From Neocallimastix sp. 'constans' (taxonomy: Eukaryota), in contig JBODTK010000160.1 in NCBI GenBank assembly GCA_050613775.1, positions 124,001-188,000 of the forward strand: 64,000 nt of DNA, in the 5' to 3' direction. A program made the translations under genes and the position numbers. Under the pieces are notes generated by a model. The model searched no databases and was not told the origin of the DNA. It saw only the letters and a list, made by a program, of their open reading frames with translations. Below are positions 12,051-31,333 of the stretch, one piece after another. The first letter of the stretch is position 1. The number at the start of each line of letters is the position of its first letter.

Positions 12051-15000
12051 ATACGTGGAGTTTTAATAACAATTCCTAATAAAAAAGAGGAATTATATGT
12101 AAACAACATCAATTATTATGAAGAAAATGATAAGACTAGTGAATGGTTATATGATACTGGTGCTGGAGAACATATAACTAATGATTTTAATTTGCTAAAT
12201 AATTTTATTCACTGCAAAATAAAGTTAAGATGTGCCAATGGAACAATGTGTAGCTTCGAAGGGTATGGTACTTACGAATGTTACATTAATGGAATATATG
12301 TACGACTAGACAGGGTATTATATTCAAAATCTGCAACTAAAAATCTTATTAGTGGAATAGAACTGGCCAAAATAAGATATAGAGTCATTATTGACACTGA
12401 TGATTATACACATGGTAGATTTAACTTATGGGGTCCAAATAATGTATATATAGGAACTTATTATTCTACAAATGATAATCAATTCTTAGTAAATACTTAC
12501 AAGATTAATAAAAACTTTGAAGAAAAGGATAAAAATATTATGGCTTTAAACGAAGTTGATGAAAAAAGCCTTGAAATTTGGCATAGAAGACTAGGTCATT
12601 ATTACCTAGAAAACATAAACAAATATCTAAGTTTACACCAAATAAAAACTCCTAAATGCATAGAATGTAAAGTAGCTAAAATGTCAAGGAAATCACACGG
12701 AGGAAAAACACCAAAAGCTACGAAAATATTAGAAATAATACATTCAGACATTTCAGGTCCATACAATTCATCTATTAATAATAAAAAATACTTTATTACA
12801 TTCATGGATGAATTCTCAAGAAAAGTATGGATATATACTTTAAAATCTAAAGCCGAAGCCCCCGAATTAATTGTGGAATTCTTCAAGTACTTAAATAACC
12901 AATTTGAAGAATATAATATTAAAATATTTAAATCAGATGGAGGAAAGGAATTTAAAAATAAAACAGTTAATAAATACTGTAAAGAAAATGGAATAGAAAA
13001 AACCTATTCTCCACCAGGTTGTCCTGAAGTTAATGGAAAAGCTGAAAGAATAAACAGAACTCTTAGAAATTCAGCTAAAACTCTTCTATATTGGGCAGAA
13101 TTATCAGAAAACTTTTAGAATTTTGCCATAAAACAGGCATGCTACATATATAACTTAATTCCCCATTCAGGAAATAAATTTTTAATACCCAATGAAGTAT
13201 TTTATAACAAAAAGGTAGAGTTAAAAGATTTAAAAACTTTTGGTTGTGTGTGTTATTACAGGGATGATACACAACACAAATCAAAATTTTTACCAAATGC
13301 TAAGAAGGGCGTATTCTTGGGATTTGATGATAAAAAGTATTCATATACTATCATGGACATTGAAAATAATAAAATGCATTATACTAACGATGTAGAATTC
13401 GTTGAAGAAGAGCCTAGTAAACACAAATACGAAACAAGCAATTATAAAGACTCTTACTTCTCATTTATGAAAGACAACAATAGAAAAGATAGGAATCCAG
13501 AAGACAATAATATAAATGAAGATAATAATATAAATGAAGATAATAATATAAATGAAGATAATAATATGAACAATGAAAATAATTTTGATGGAAGAAACAT
13601 CTTAAATGAAGAAAACATTTTAAATGAAAATATTAATAATGAAAGGACTACTAATACAGAACATAAAAGTAATTACATTAAAAATAAGCATGTCAATAAT
13701 ATATCGTTAAATGAAGAAAATCAAGAATTTGATAATAAAGATATAAACCAGAAAAATAACCATAATTTAAATAAAGATGTTGAAATTAATTCTAAAATTA
13801 ATCCTGAAATTAAAAATAAAAATAATTGTGAATTTAAATTGAAATTCAATTTCAATAATGTTGACAAAAATAATTCTGAAAATAATTATTTGAATGAGAT
13901 AAATAGAAATTTAGAAATAATAAATAAAAATTATAATAAAAAGTTTAGAAATAATACTAAGAATACCAATTTTAATTCTACTATTATTGAAAAATATAAA
14001 CCAGAAGATCCTGCTTACGCCGCCTCAACTTCCAGCAGGAACAAAGGAAAAAAAAAATAACCGAATTTGAAAATTTTGATAAAAATAAAATATTTTTAAA
14101 TAATGAAAAATCAAGCCAAAATTTACAGAATTTTTCAATAAATAATAATAATATGAAAAAAAATTTTAATAATAAAAATTTTTCAAAAAATGATGAAATT
14201 TTTCAAGAAAATCTATTGGCTGAAGCAAAATCACATTCATATCATATCAAAAAATTTTCAAATAATTCAATAATTCCAAATAACACTAATGAATCATATA
14301 TAGCATATGACAACAATAATGATTCACATAAATCTATTAATAATTCAAATAAATCAATGAATATCAAAAATTTACCAAAAAATGATCAAATTTTAATTAA
14401 TAAAAATTTTTTATCGAAAAATAATGAATTAATTCAACAAAATTCAAAATCCAGCGACTCTATGAAGAAAAACTATAATTTCTCCACTCCTACAATAGAT
14501 ATCAATAATATTCCTTCAGATAATAAAAATACGGTAATGGAAAATCTTAAAAATATAACTCTTCCATATAATATTAATCAGAATTTACCTTTAATAACCG
14601 ATTCTTCAACCAACCAAATTTCTCAAAAAACAGACGAAATTTCACTTACTAACAATAACGAAATAAATAATAAATTTAGCAACAATAATATAGTAAACAA
14701 AGAAAATTATGCCCACAAATCTCTTATAGATGCATCAAGTGTTATTGATTTTAATAAAGATGAAATTATGGATGACATTGTAGCCAATACAGAATATGGC
14801 AACATCTATAAAAGACCACTTAGTCCAAAATATAAAGAGACTGCACCTACTAATATTAGTTCTCGTAGAAAACTAGACCAAATCAACGACATTATTATTG
14901 CTTCTATATTTTGTCACATTCCTAATACATATGAAGAAGCAATAAACAGTGAAGACAAAAATAACTGGATTGAGGCTATTAATGATGAACTTAATAACCT

Positions 15001-16405
15001 TTATTCTAATAATATTATGACTTTTGTTAAAAATGTACCTAAAAACAAAAACATCATTACCACAAAATGGGTTTTCAACACTAAACGTGATTCAAATAAT
15101 AATATTTATAAATATAAAGCTCGTTTAGTTGCTCGTGGATTTAAACAAAAATGGGGAATCGATTATGAATTAACTTATTCTCCTACTCTAAACATTGATG
15201 GTCTTAAACTAATATTTGCTATTTCTGCTGCTCTTTAGTGGAATATTTTCCAGCTGGATATAAAAGCCGCTTACCTTAATACTCCGCTTTGATAAAGATA
15301 TTTATACTACTATTCCTAAAGGCGATACGCGCTTTGGGCGGGGAAATTGGAAGCTCAACAAAGCTTTGTATGGCCTTAAGCAATCTGGTAGACAATGGTA
15401 TAATACCATTAGAAAATTCCTAATAAAAAATGAGTTCATTCAAATTAAATCCGAACAATGTATTTTCAAATTTACAAAAAATAATATAACAAAATGCATT
15501 ATCGGCTTATACGTGGACGACATGGTCATCGCTGGAGAAAACGAATACATTAAACAAATAATAAATAAAATAAAATCAAAATTTAAAATATCTAAATGTG
15601 ATCCAATTGAATACATATTAGGAATTGAAGTAAAGAAAGAAAATAATTCATATATTATTTCACAGAAAAATTTTATAAATAATATGTTATATAAATTTAA
15701 TATTGATAATACAAAGAAAAGAAAAACACCATGTACTGGTGATAATAAAATATCAGAAAACAATAAACCTTTCGATAAAACAATCTACAAAAGCGCAATA
15801 GGTTCCTTAATATACCTTTCGAAATGTTAGCTTTCGCTGTAAATAAAGCTTCAAGAAAATGTGAAAATCCAACTATATCAGATTGGAACAAAATAATAAA
15901 TATTCTAAAATATATTAACAGTACCAAAGAATTTAAGATAGAATATAATGGAAAGGGGGAGCTTGTTGCATATACCGACTCTGACTTTGCCGGCTGTTTG
16001 GAAGATAGAAAATCTATCTCAGGAGGAATAATACTTATGGGAACAAGTCCTATATGCTGGTTGTCCAAGAAACAAACAAGTGTTGCTACGTCTACTGCTG
16101 AAGCAGAGTACATAAGCACTTCAGAAAATATAAAGAAAATATTATGGATTAGAAATATAATAAAAGAAATTTTAAACAAATGGATAACTGTTAAAATCTA
16201 TACAGATAATCAAGCAAGTAAGAAAATAATGGAGAACGGAGAAATAAATACAAAATTAAAGCATATAAGTGTAAGATATCATTTCAACAGGGACAATATT
16301 GCAAAGAAGAAAGTAAAATTAGAATATATTGATACTGAAAGCATGCTAGCGGACATATTAACCAAGGACTCAAATGGACCAAAGATACAAAAATATTATT
16401 TATAA
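12051..16405 (+). pseudogene. pol: Copia pol (protease, integrase, RT, RNase H), disrupted
   Basis: Protease WLYDTGAGEH; WHRRLGH..CIEC; integrase IHSDISGP, SDGGKEF, NGKAER; RT KARLVARGF, YGLKQSGRQW, LYVDD; RNase H YTDSDFAG, AEAEY, LADILTK. Lesions: TAG 13116-13118, frameshift in the A-run at ~14050, TAG 15236-15238, frameshift at ~15288, short deletion at ~15827 removing the TRPD motif. Confidence 0.95.
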
Positions 16406-17246
16406 TAATAATAACAATAATAGTAATAAAATTAATAATACTAAAAATGACGCGGTTGATGACATAATAAACACGAAACTAAATAAATTAAACGCGTTAA
16501 AATTGGATAATTTCAGAGAAAATAATAAATTAGTAAATAATAGTAATAGCAAATGCAAAACAAGCAATAATATTATAATTACCAAAGAAGAAAATAAAAA
16601 TAATATTAAAGGTAGTGCAAATATTAAGAAAAATCAAAATAATAATATTGAGATTAATAGTATTGTAATAATAAATAATAAGGAAAATATTAATTCAAAT
16701 AGTAAAAATAAAAATATTATTAATAATTCTGAAAATATAAGAAACAAAATAAATAGTCATACAATTGTAAAAGAAGAAATAAATATCAATGAATCTGTTA
16801 AAGTTGATAGCATTTTCAATAGAATTAATAAATCTATAACTCCTGGTTTGTTTAAGGAAATAAATATTATTAATAGTAACAATTCAAAAGTAGATAACAT
16901 TCAAATTACTTCAAATGCTAATAAAAATGAACAATTTATAAAAAAAAATTATTCAGTTAATAATATTACTAATATAAAAGAAAGAAAAATTAATAATAAT
17001 AATTCACCGGTTGATTTTAGTAATATTATAAATATAGATAGTGATAAGAAAATAAAAATTAATAAAATTAAAAAAATAATTAAAATTCCATATATTTATA
17101 TTCAAAATAATGATAAAAATAAAATAAATATTTATAAAATTATGATGCCCAAACCTGAAATCGCGTTAAAGGAGATTATTAAATATAGCAACAATCGCGT
17201 AGATACCAAACGGACAAATAGGAATTATAAATATAAAAGAAAATAA
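16398..17246 (+). pseudogene. C-terminal half (Asn/Ile/Lys-rich) of the element B ORF, displaced by the inversion
   Basis: Open for ~280 codons; begins IYNNNNNNS, the same repeat unit in which the minus-strand half ends (IYNNNNIYNNN); stops 90 nt before the B 3' LTR. Confidence 0.7.
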
Positions 17247-17336
17247 AATTTTAAAATTATTATTTATTTTAATTAAACCTTATATTTTCTTTTATAAAAA
17301 AAATATATATAGTTTAATTTTTAGCAAGGGCATTTC

Positions 17337-17718
17337 TGATATAAAACAAATATGTGTAGTAACATATTTGTATATTTAATAATAATTATTAAATATTAAA
17401 TTTATATCTTTTTGATAATAATTATTTTATTTTATTTTATTTCAATATATATTATTATAATTATAATAATTATAATACTTTAATTCATATAAAATTTATA
17501 TAGTTCTATATATTAGAATATGTATTTAATATATTACCTATTTCTTATAAATTAAATTATTTATATTAGAAATAGGGAACTCTCTTGTAAATTTTTAGGA
17601 ATTAGAATTATTATTTTAATTGTACGAATATTATAATATTATTAATAAAATTTACTAAACTACCATTATTTAAAACCCACTGCTTATAAATTATTGCACA
17701 TAAAAGTCCCGCATATCA
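17337..17718 (+). repeat. 3' LTR of element B (382 bp)
   Basis: TGATATAAAAC...GTCCCGCATATCA; reverse complement of 19174-19555; preceded by a weak purine tract agcaaggg. Confidence 0.92.
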
Positions 17719-17945
17719 GTAATAAAGTCACATGTTACTACATGCGTTTTCCATAACATAGAATAAATTAAAAATTAATTAAATAAATATTAAAAGATAA
17801 TTAACATAGATTTATACAAGATGATATAATACATTTAAGTAATCATTAAATATTAATAAATAAATACACATAAATATAAATAAATACTATAAATAAATAA
17901 ATTAAATATATAGTTAAATTATGAGTGCAGTCAACACTCCCCCTC
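17719..17945 (-). repeat. First part of the element A 3' LTR plus polypurine tract, now inverted
   Basis: Minus strand reads GAGGGGGAG|TGTTGACTGCACTCAT...GTGACTTTATTAC, matching 10383-10601. Confidence 0.92.
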
Positions 17946-17977
17946 AAATAATATTTTTAGATAAAAATGTTGTTTAT

Positions 17978-18545
17978 TATTATTATAAATGTTATTATTA
18001 TTATAAATGTTATTATTATTATTATTATTTTCTTCATTTTTATTGATTCTTTTATTTAAAACAGATAATTTTTCAAGTTCAGCTACCACTCTAAATTCAG
18101 AAGTTCCTTGTTTCAAAAGAATTAAATTGTCGCTTGGGTCAATAATAATTCCTAATTCTCTTTGTGTTTTAAAATTCAAACTAATATCATAAAATGGATT
18201 TTCTTTCTCAACTACTCTGAATATTACATTTTTTTGAACACCACCAATAGTTAAATTTAAAATTGTAAGTTTAGTTATTCCAGTAATATTTGAGTCATCA
18301 ATACAATGATTAAGAATATATTTTTCCAGAAAACTACGATTTACCAAATTATTTTCACCGTATCCTTTTAAAATACACCTAGCTTCCTTATTACCAACAA
18401 GAGCTAATATTCCCATTGATTCACCATCTACAAACTCATCTAATTCTTCCACGTCATCGCTAACTCCAGTTTCAAATCTACCTTTTTGAATTAACAATTT
18501 TAACAATTGTAATTTTTCTGTTAGGTTATCTTGATTAATATCCAT
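17978..18545 (-). pseudogene. N-terminal half of the element B ORF: retropepsin (Ty3/gypsy protease)-like domain without the catalytic D[ST]G motif
   Basis: ALVGNKEARCILKGYGENNLVNRSFLEK...LTIGG...FRVV...YDISLNFKTQRELGIIID follows the pattern G..V.ALIDSGA..NFIS..F...F.V....DVILG.......ID. Confidence 0.6.
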
Positions 18546-19149
18546 TTTATTTCTATATCTATTTTTAAAATGTACTATTAATTAATATTATTAAATATAC
18601 TACTATTAAAATACACAATATTTTTATCTTATTATACTTATATATATTGTAATTTTATTCCTAAGTTTTAACACTTTTAAACTACACTATTTATATCTTC
18701 CTACACTTATTTTATTTAAAAAAATATTCCTATTATATATTTTATCTAAATTATTCACTAAAATGCTAATTAAAATAACAATATTTTTACTGTTTCACTC
18801 TCTAATTATTATTATTATCCTACTTAAACTACCTTACTTTTAACACTAACACTATATTAATAAATTATTTATATATATATTTTTATTAGATTTCCGAATA
18901 TTTAATTATTTTAAAACAATTTATTTAAATTATACTAAAATGAATGAAATAACATATATTGTATAATTTTCTCTTCACCAAAGATAAAATAACTATAAAT
19001 AACCAATAAAAAAAATTAAAAATCTATATCCTAAAATATATATATATTAATCCTAACTAAAGAGAATTTATGTAAATATATACGGATTTATAATTAATTA
19101 ACAAAATTACTAAACACCACTACTTATAAATTACTTTTTTACACAGCAC

Positions 19150-19168
19150 ATCCCCGATATCTCTACCA
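19150..19168 (-). promoter_or_regulatory. Primer-binding site of element B (tRNA 3'-end type, tRNA-Ala-like)
   Basis: TGGTAGAGATATCGGGGAT lies 5 nt from the LTR end; 16/19 match to TGGTGGAGATGCCGGGGAT, the complement of a typical eukaryotic tRNA-Ala 3' end. Confidence 0.65.
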
Positions 19169-19173
19169 ATTTT

Positions 19174-19555
19174 TGATATGCGGGACTTTTATGTGCAATA
19201 ATTTATAAGCAGTGGGTTTTAAATAATGGTAGTTTAGTAAATTTTATTAATAATATTATAATATTCGTACAATTAAAATAATAATTCTAATTCCTAAAAA
19301 TTTACAAGAGAGTTCCCTATTTCTAATATAAATAATTTAATTTATAAGAAATAGGTAATATATTAAATACATATTCTAATATATAGAACTATATAAATTT
19401 TATATGAATTAAAGTATTATAATTATTATAATTATAATAATATATATTGAAATAAAATAAAATAAAATAATTATTATCAAAAAGATATAAATTAAATATT
19501 TAATAATTATTATTAAATATACAAATATGTTACTACACATATTTGTTTTATATCA
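19174..19555 (-). repeat. 5' LTR of element B (382 bp)
   Basis: Reverse complement of 17337-17718; followed on the minus strand by the PBS. Confidence 0.92.
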
Positions 19556-19656
19556 TTACTTATTTAAAGCTGAAAGATAGATCATACACTTATTTCCCTT
19601 GTATACCATATTCCATAAGGAATATTATTATAGATCTAAATTTAATAAAGCTAACA
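19556..19656 (+). repeat. Distal part of the element A 3' LTR
   Basis: TTACTTATTTAAAGCTGAA...AAAGCTAACA matches 10598-10697; followed by the ATTAT TSD. Confidence 0.92.
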
Positions 19657-19697
19657 ATTATTATTGTTATTATTATTATTATTTATTATTATTGTTG

Positions 19698-19798
19698 TTA
19701 TTATTTTAAATTTATCAATAGAAATGTTTATTCATTGTGACAGAATTATTATTTTAAATTTATCAATAGAAATATTTATTCATTGTGACAGAATTATT
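19698..19798. repeat. Tandem duplication, ~47 bp x2
   Basis: ttattattttaaatttatcaatagaaat(g/a)tttattcattgtgacagaa occurs twice. Confidence 0.8.
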
Positions 19799-19952
19799 AA
19801 TCTAAATTTTTTAATTAGAAATTCCTAATTAATCTTGTTAAATATTAATTATTTCCTCGAGAGAAATTAAATAACTAAAATGTGATTAATAATTATAATT
19901 ATATGTTAATAATAAACTGATATTACATAATTTATAGTTCTTATTAATAATC

Positions 19953-20190
19953 TTTTTTGTTTTTTGTTTTTTGTTTTTTGTAGACAAGGAAGAGAATACA
20001 CTTACGGTGCTTTATAAAAATAGATGATTTAATTTGTATGTATTACATTTTTTAAAAAAAAAAATACATTATTTAATTTAAAAATAAAAATAAAATGTAT
20101 GTAAAAGATTAAGTAAAATAAAAAATAATTACAAAAAAAAAAAAAAAAATTAATTAATCATAGAAAATTTTATTAATAAAGAATAAATTC

Positions 20191-20251
<61 letters not shown>

Positions 20252-21362
20252 GGTGTGATGTTATCTATGTGTAGTAACATGATCACCAGTTAAATCTAAA
20301 ATAATAAAACAAAAAAAATAACATCTTTAAAATAGATAGTGTGGTATCCACTAAACTCTCCCATGAACCACAAAAAAGATCATCAAAAAATTGAATTACT
20401 CACTATAGGTTCTGTGTTCGGAACGATGCTGTTAGTAAATGTGTAATGATGAGAATTAACAGGGCTATTAACCTCAGTATTTCTTTGCCATATCGATACG
20501 ACATCGGCACTCTTGGTAATGAAAGCGTTTTTGCTAAACTCCTTAAACAGTAACTGAAGACAGCTACTGATGATTGGTATTGTATTAGCAAGATATTCCA
20601 CAAGCCCCACAATATACGGAACAGTAGACCCCTGTGAGGTTTTTAGGAGTTGTTCACTTAAATGTCCCCGTTACCCTTCCCAGTATCGAATTGAAGCTCA
20701 TCTAAAGCTGAAATTCCACCAAGAAGGAATATATAAATATACCTGTTTATGAAATTTTCATATTCTAAAATTTTTAGATCTAAAATTTTTAGAATAAGAA
20801 GGAAGTAAGGATAGATTCCTTACTTTATTGGCAAATAAAATGAAAAGGCCATCGATAAAATCATAAAGATTTACATTGACATAGAGAAAAGGTAGAGCAT
20901 TCAACTATCCAGTGGATATAAAGATCGATCACCTTTTTCCACAACAAGGGCAGAATTGAGGACAATCGTTAGATACTCTACCCCTTATGATTATACTATA
21001 CTTATAATCAGCTTTTAATCTTAAATTCCACTTAAAAAACCTAAATTTAAATGAGGGTATTCAAAGCGGAGCTTGAATAGATTTCTAGTATTTATAAATT
21101 TGAAGTTTATCATAATTTCGTACCTTTAATTCCTTGGAATTTATCATCATCAGACCAATATTAGTTCAATTAACATCTTTGAATTTTAGTGATATTCTTT
21201 TTTCTTAATTTTCTTGTAGAGCACCAGTGATTTTTTTTTTTTTTCGAACAAGAATAAACGTGACATGGAAGGGATATGGTTTATGAGATCGTTAATGATA
21301 TATTTTGAATTTTTTCCATTTACATAAGCATTTTATTTTGAGGAGAAGCATAAAAGCCAGTT
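19953..21362 (-). mobile_element. Degenerate 5'-truncated non-LTR retrotransposon related to the 52-55 kb LINE
   Basis: GLVEYLANTIPIISSCLQLLF..TKSADVV resembles GLAEFLTSAIPIISSSFELLF..SKSVDVV; CPQFCPCCG knuckle remnant at ~20935-20965; 3' end AAGTGTATTCTCTTCCTTGTCT followed by a (CAAAAAA)n tail. Confidence 0.88.
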
Positions 21363-21439
21363 GTATAAAAATTATAAAGAAGTTTAATTAAATCCTTTTT
21401 AACTTTTTAACAATAATAAATATAAAATATTTTCTTTTT

Positions 21440-21483
<44 letters not shown>

Positions 21484-21528
21484 TAATAATAATTATGATA
21501 ATTAATAAATACGTAATCTATTTTAAAC

Positions 21529-21580
<52 letters not shown>

Positions 21581-22223
21581 GGTAATGAAAATTAATTTCA
21601 ACTTTTTAATTTAATAATAATAATAATAATAATAATAATATGAAAAATAGGTTAAAAACACTTTTTATATTTATTTAAAATATTATATATGAGGCATTAT
21701 AATTAATAAAACTAGTTTGTTTATCAATTTAGCTCTAGCTTTCATAAATATATTTTATTATTATTATTAATATTTTATTTTATTTTATTTTATTGATACT
21801 AGTATGAAATTATATCTCCATTATTATATTATTAATTAGTTATTAAATATATAAATAAAATAAACTATATTTTTAATGATAAATAAATTATATGTATATA
21901 ATCGAAATCGAAACTTATAAAAAAAAAAAAAAAAAAAATACACAAAGATAACTTAAATAAAATATTAAAAATGAAATATATTATAAAAAAAAAAATAAAA
22001 TTAATATAATATTAATGAAAATATAATGTGAATATTTAAGTTTGAGTTAATTTGTTATAAAGTTTTTTTTTTCAAATTATTTTTACATAAAAAATATTTA
22101 GTAAAGTAAAAATAAATAAATATTTGATCATTAAAAATCAAAATGCAGGCTATGTACTTGAAATTTTAAATTAAAATAAATGTATTATTAGTTTTATTTT
22201 TTTTTTTTAACGTTCAAATAAAT

Positions 22224-29892
<7,669 letters not shown>

Positions 29893-30050
29893 CTTTAATA
29901 CTTGTTTAAATAATTATATACAAATTTATGAAAGTTCATATCTTTTTTGACTTTTTTTTTTTTTTAATTTGAATAATTTTTTATTATATAATTTTTTTGT
30001 CTCTTTTTATTTGATTTTAACTTATTGTTTTTTTTCTTTTGATTTTTTTA

Positions 30051-30084
<34 letters not shown>

Positions 30085-31155
30085 TGAATAGAAAAAAAGT
30101 ATAAAGATTTTATAGGAATAAATTTCATAATTATTTTTAATTTTATATATGTACCAAAAGTAATGTTATATTTTTAAAAATTAAATTTAATAAATAAAAT
30201 TTATTTAATATAAATATCTAAATATTTATTTTTTATTATTATTATAATTTTATATATATATTTATATATATATATATATATTTTATTTTTTTTTTTTTTT
30301 TTTTTTGCTTTTACTTTTATGAATATTACATATTTATTTTAATAATATAACAAAAAAAATAGTTTAATATTATAATAAAAATAAAATATTTCAAAACTTT
30401 AATTGTATTGTTATTTTATATATAAATTATAATAAATAAAGTTTGTTTTATATATATATTTATAAATTTTAATATAAAAAAAATGTTTTTTTTTTTTTTT
30501 ATTATTCTTTTACTAATATTATATAATATTACATATATATATATTTTAAAAAAAAAAATTATGTTTTACTATTATTTCAATTTATTTTTTTAATTGTTTT
30601 TTTGTTTTTTTGTTTTTATGTTTTCTGTTTTTTTTTGTTTTTGTTTCTGGTGTTATTGGTGTTATTGGTATTGTAATTGAATTTATTTTGTTATCTTTAT
30701 TTTTTGTTCATTATCTTTGTATTAGTTAATATGTCATATATACATTTAAGTATATATATGGAAAAAAAAAAAGTACCAAATTATTTTAAAACAATTATTA
30801 AAATTTGAAATTTTATATAGAAATTTAAAAAATAAAATTTCTGCAGTATGATTATAAAATTTTTACAATTAAATTATTAAAGTTAATATATAGTTTAATT
30901 TATTAGATTATTTGCCATATATATATAATATAAAAAAAAAAAAATTCCTATTTTCAAGTATTTTGAAAAAAAGTTTACTCGGAATTTTCTTCATCAATTA
31001 AAAAATCATTAATCATTAATTATACTTAAAATGTATATTGATATATAATGGTATGAATATAAATATAAATCTTATTATTTATGCTTTTAAATAAATAAAT
31101 ATATTATTATTATTTTTATTATTTATTATTTATTTATTATTATTATTATTATTTA

Positions 31156-31188
<33 letters not shown>

Positions 31189-31223
31189 TATTATTTATTA
31201 TTTATTATTATTATTATTATTTA

Positions 31224-31256
<33 letters not shown>

Positions 31257-31258
31257 TA

Positions 31259-31325
<67 letters not shown>

Positions 31326-31333
31326 CTATCAAG

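Larger units (their letters stand above)
16397..19555. mobile_element. Non-autonomous LTR element B (~2.9 kb when reconstructed), inserted antisense in the 3' LTR of element A and split by an inversion
   Basis: Two 382-bp near-identical TGATA...TATCA LTRs (19555-19174 minus, 17337-17718 plus); 4-bp TSD TTAC (19556-19559 and reverse complement 17719-17722); PBS at 19168-19150; no RT or integrase motifs. Confidence 0.85.
10383..19656 (+). mobile_element. Ty1/copia LTR retrotransposon (element A), decayed, with a nested insertion and an internal inversion
   Basis: TG...CA termini; ATTAT target-site duplication at 10378-10382 and 19657-19661; domain order gag-PR-IN-RT-RNaseH. Confidence 0.95.

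Noticed and set aside
16374..17246. env-like extra ORF downstream of copia pol
   Set aside because: No TM segment or signal peptide; its ATG is borrowed from pol sequence across the inversion junction, and the rest belongs to element B.
10383..17936. Element with long terminal inverted repeats (DIRS-like or DNA transposon)
   Set aside because: No tyrosine recombinase or transposase is present; the PPT, TSDs and split LTR are explained by a copia element plus nested insertion plus inversion.
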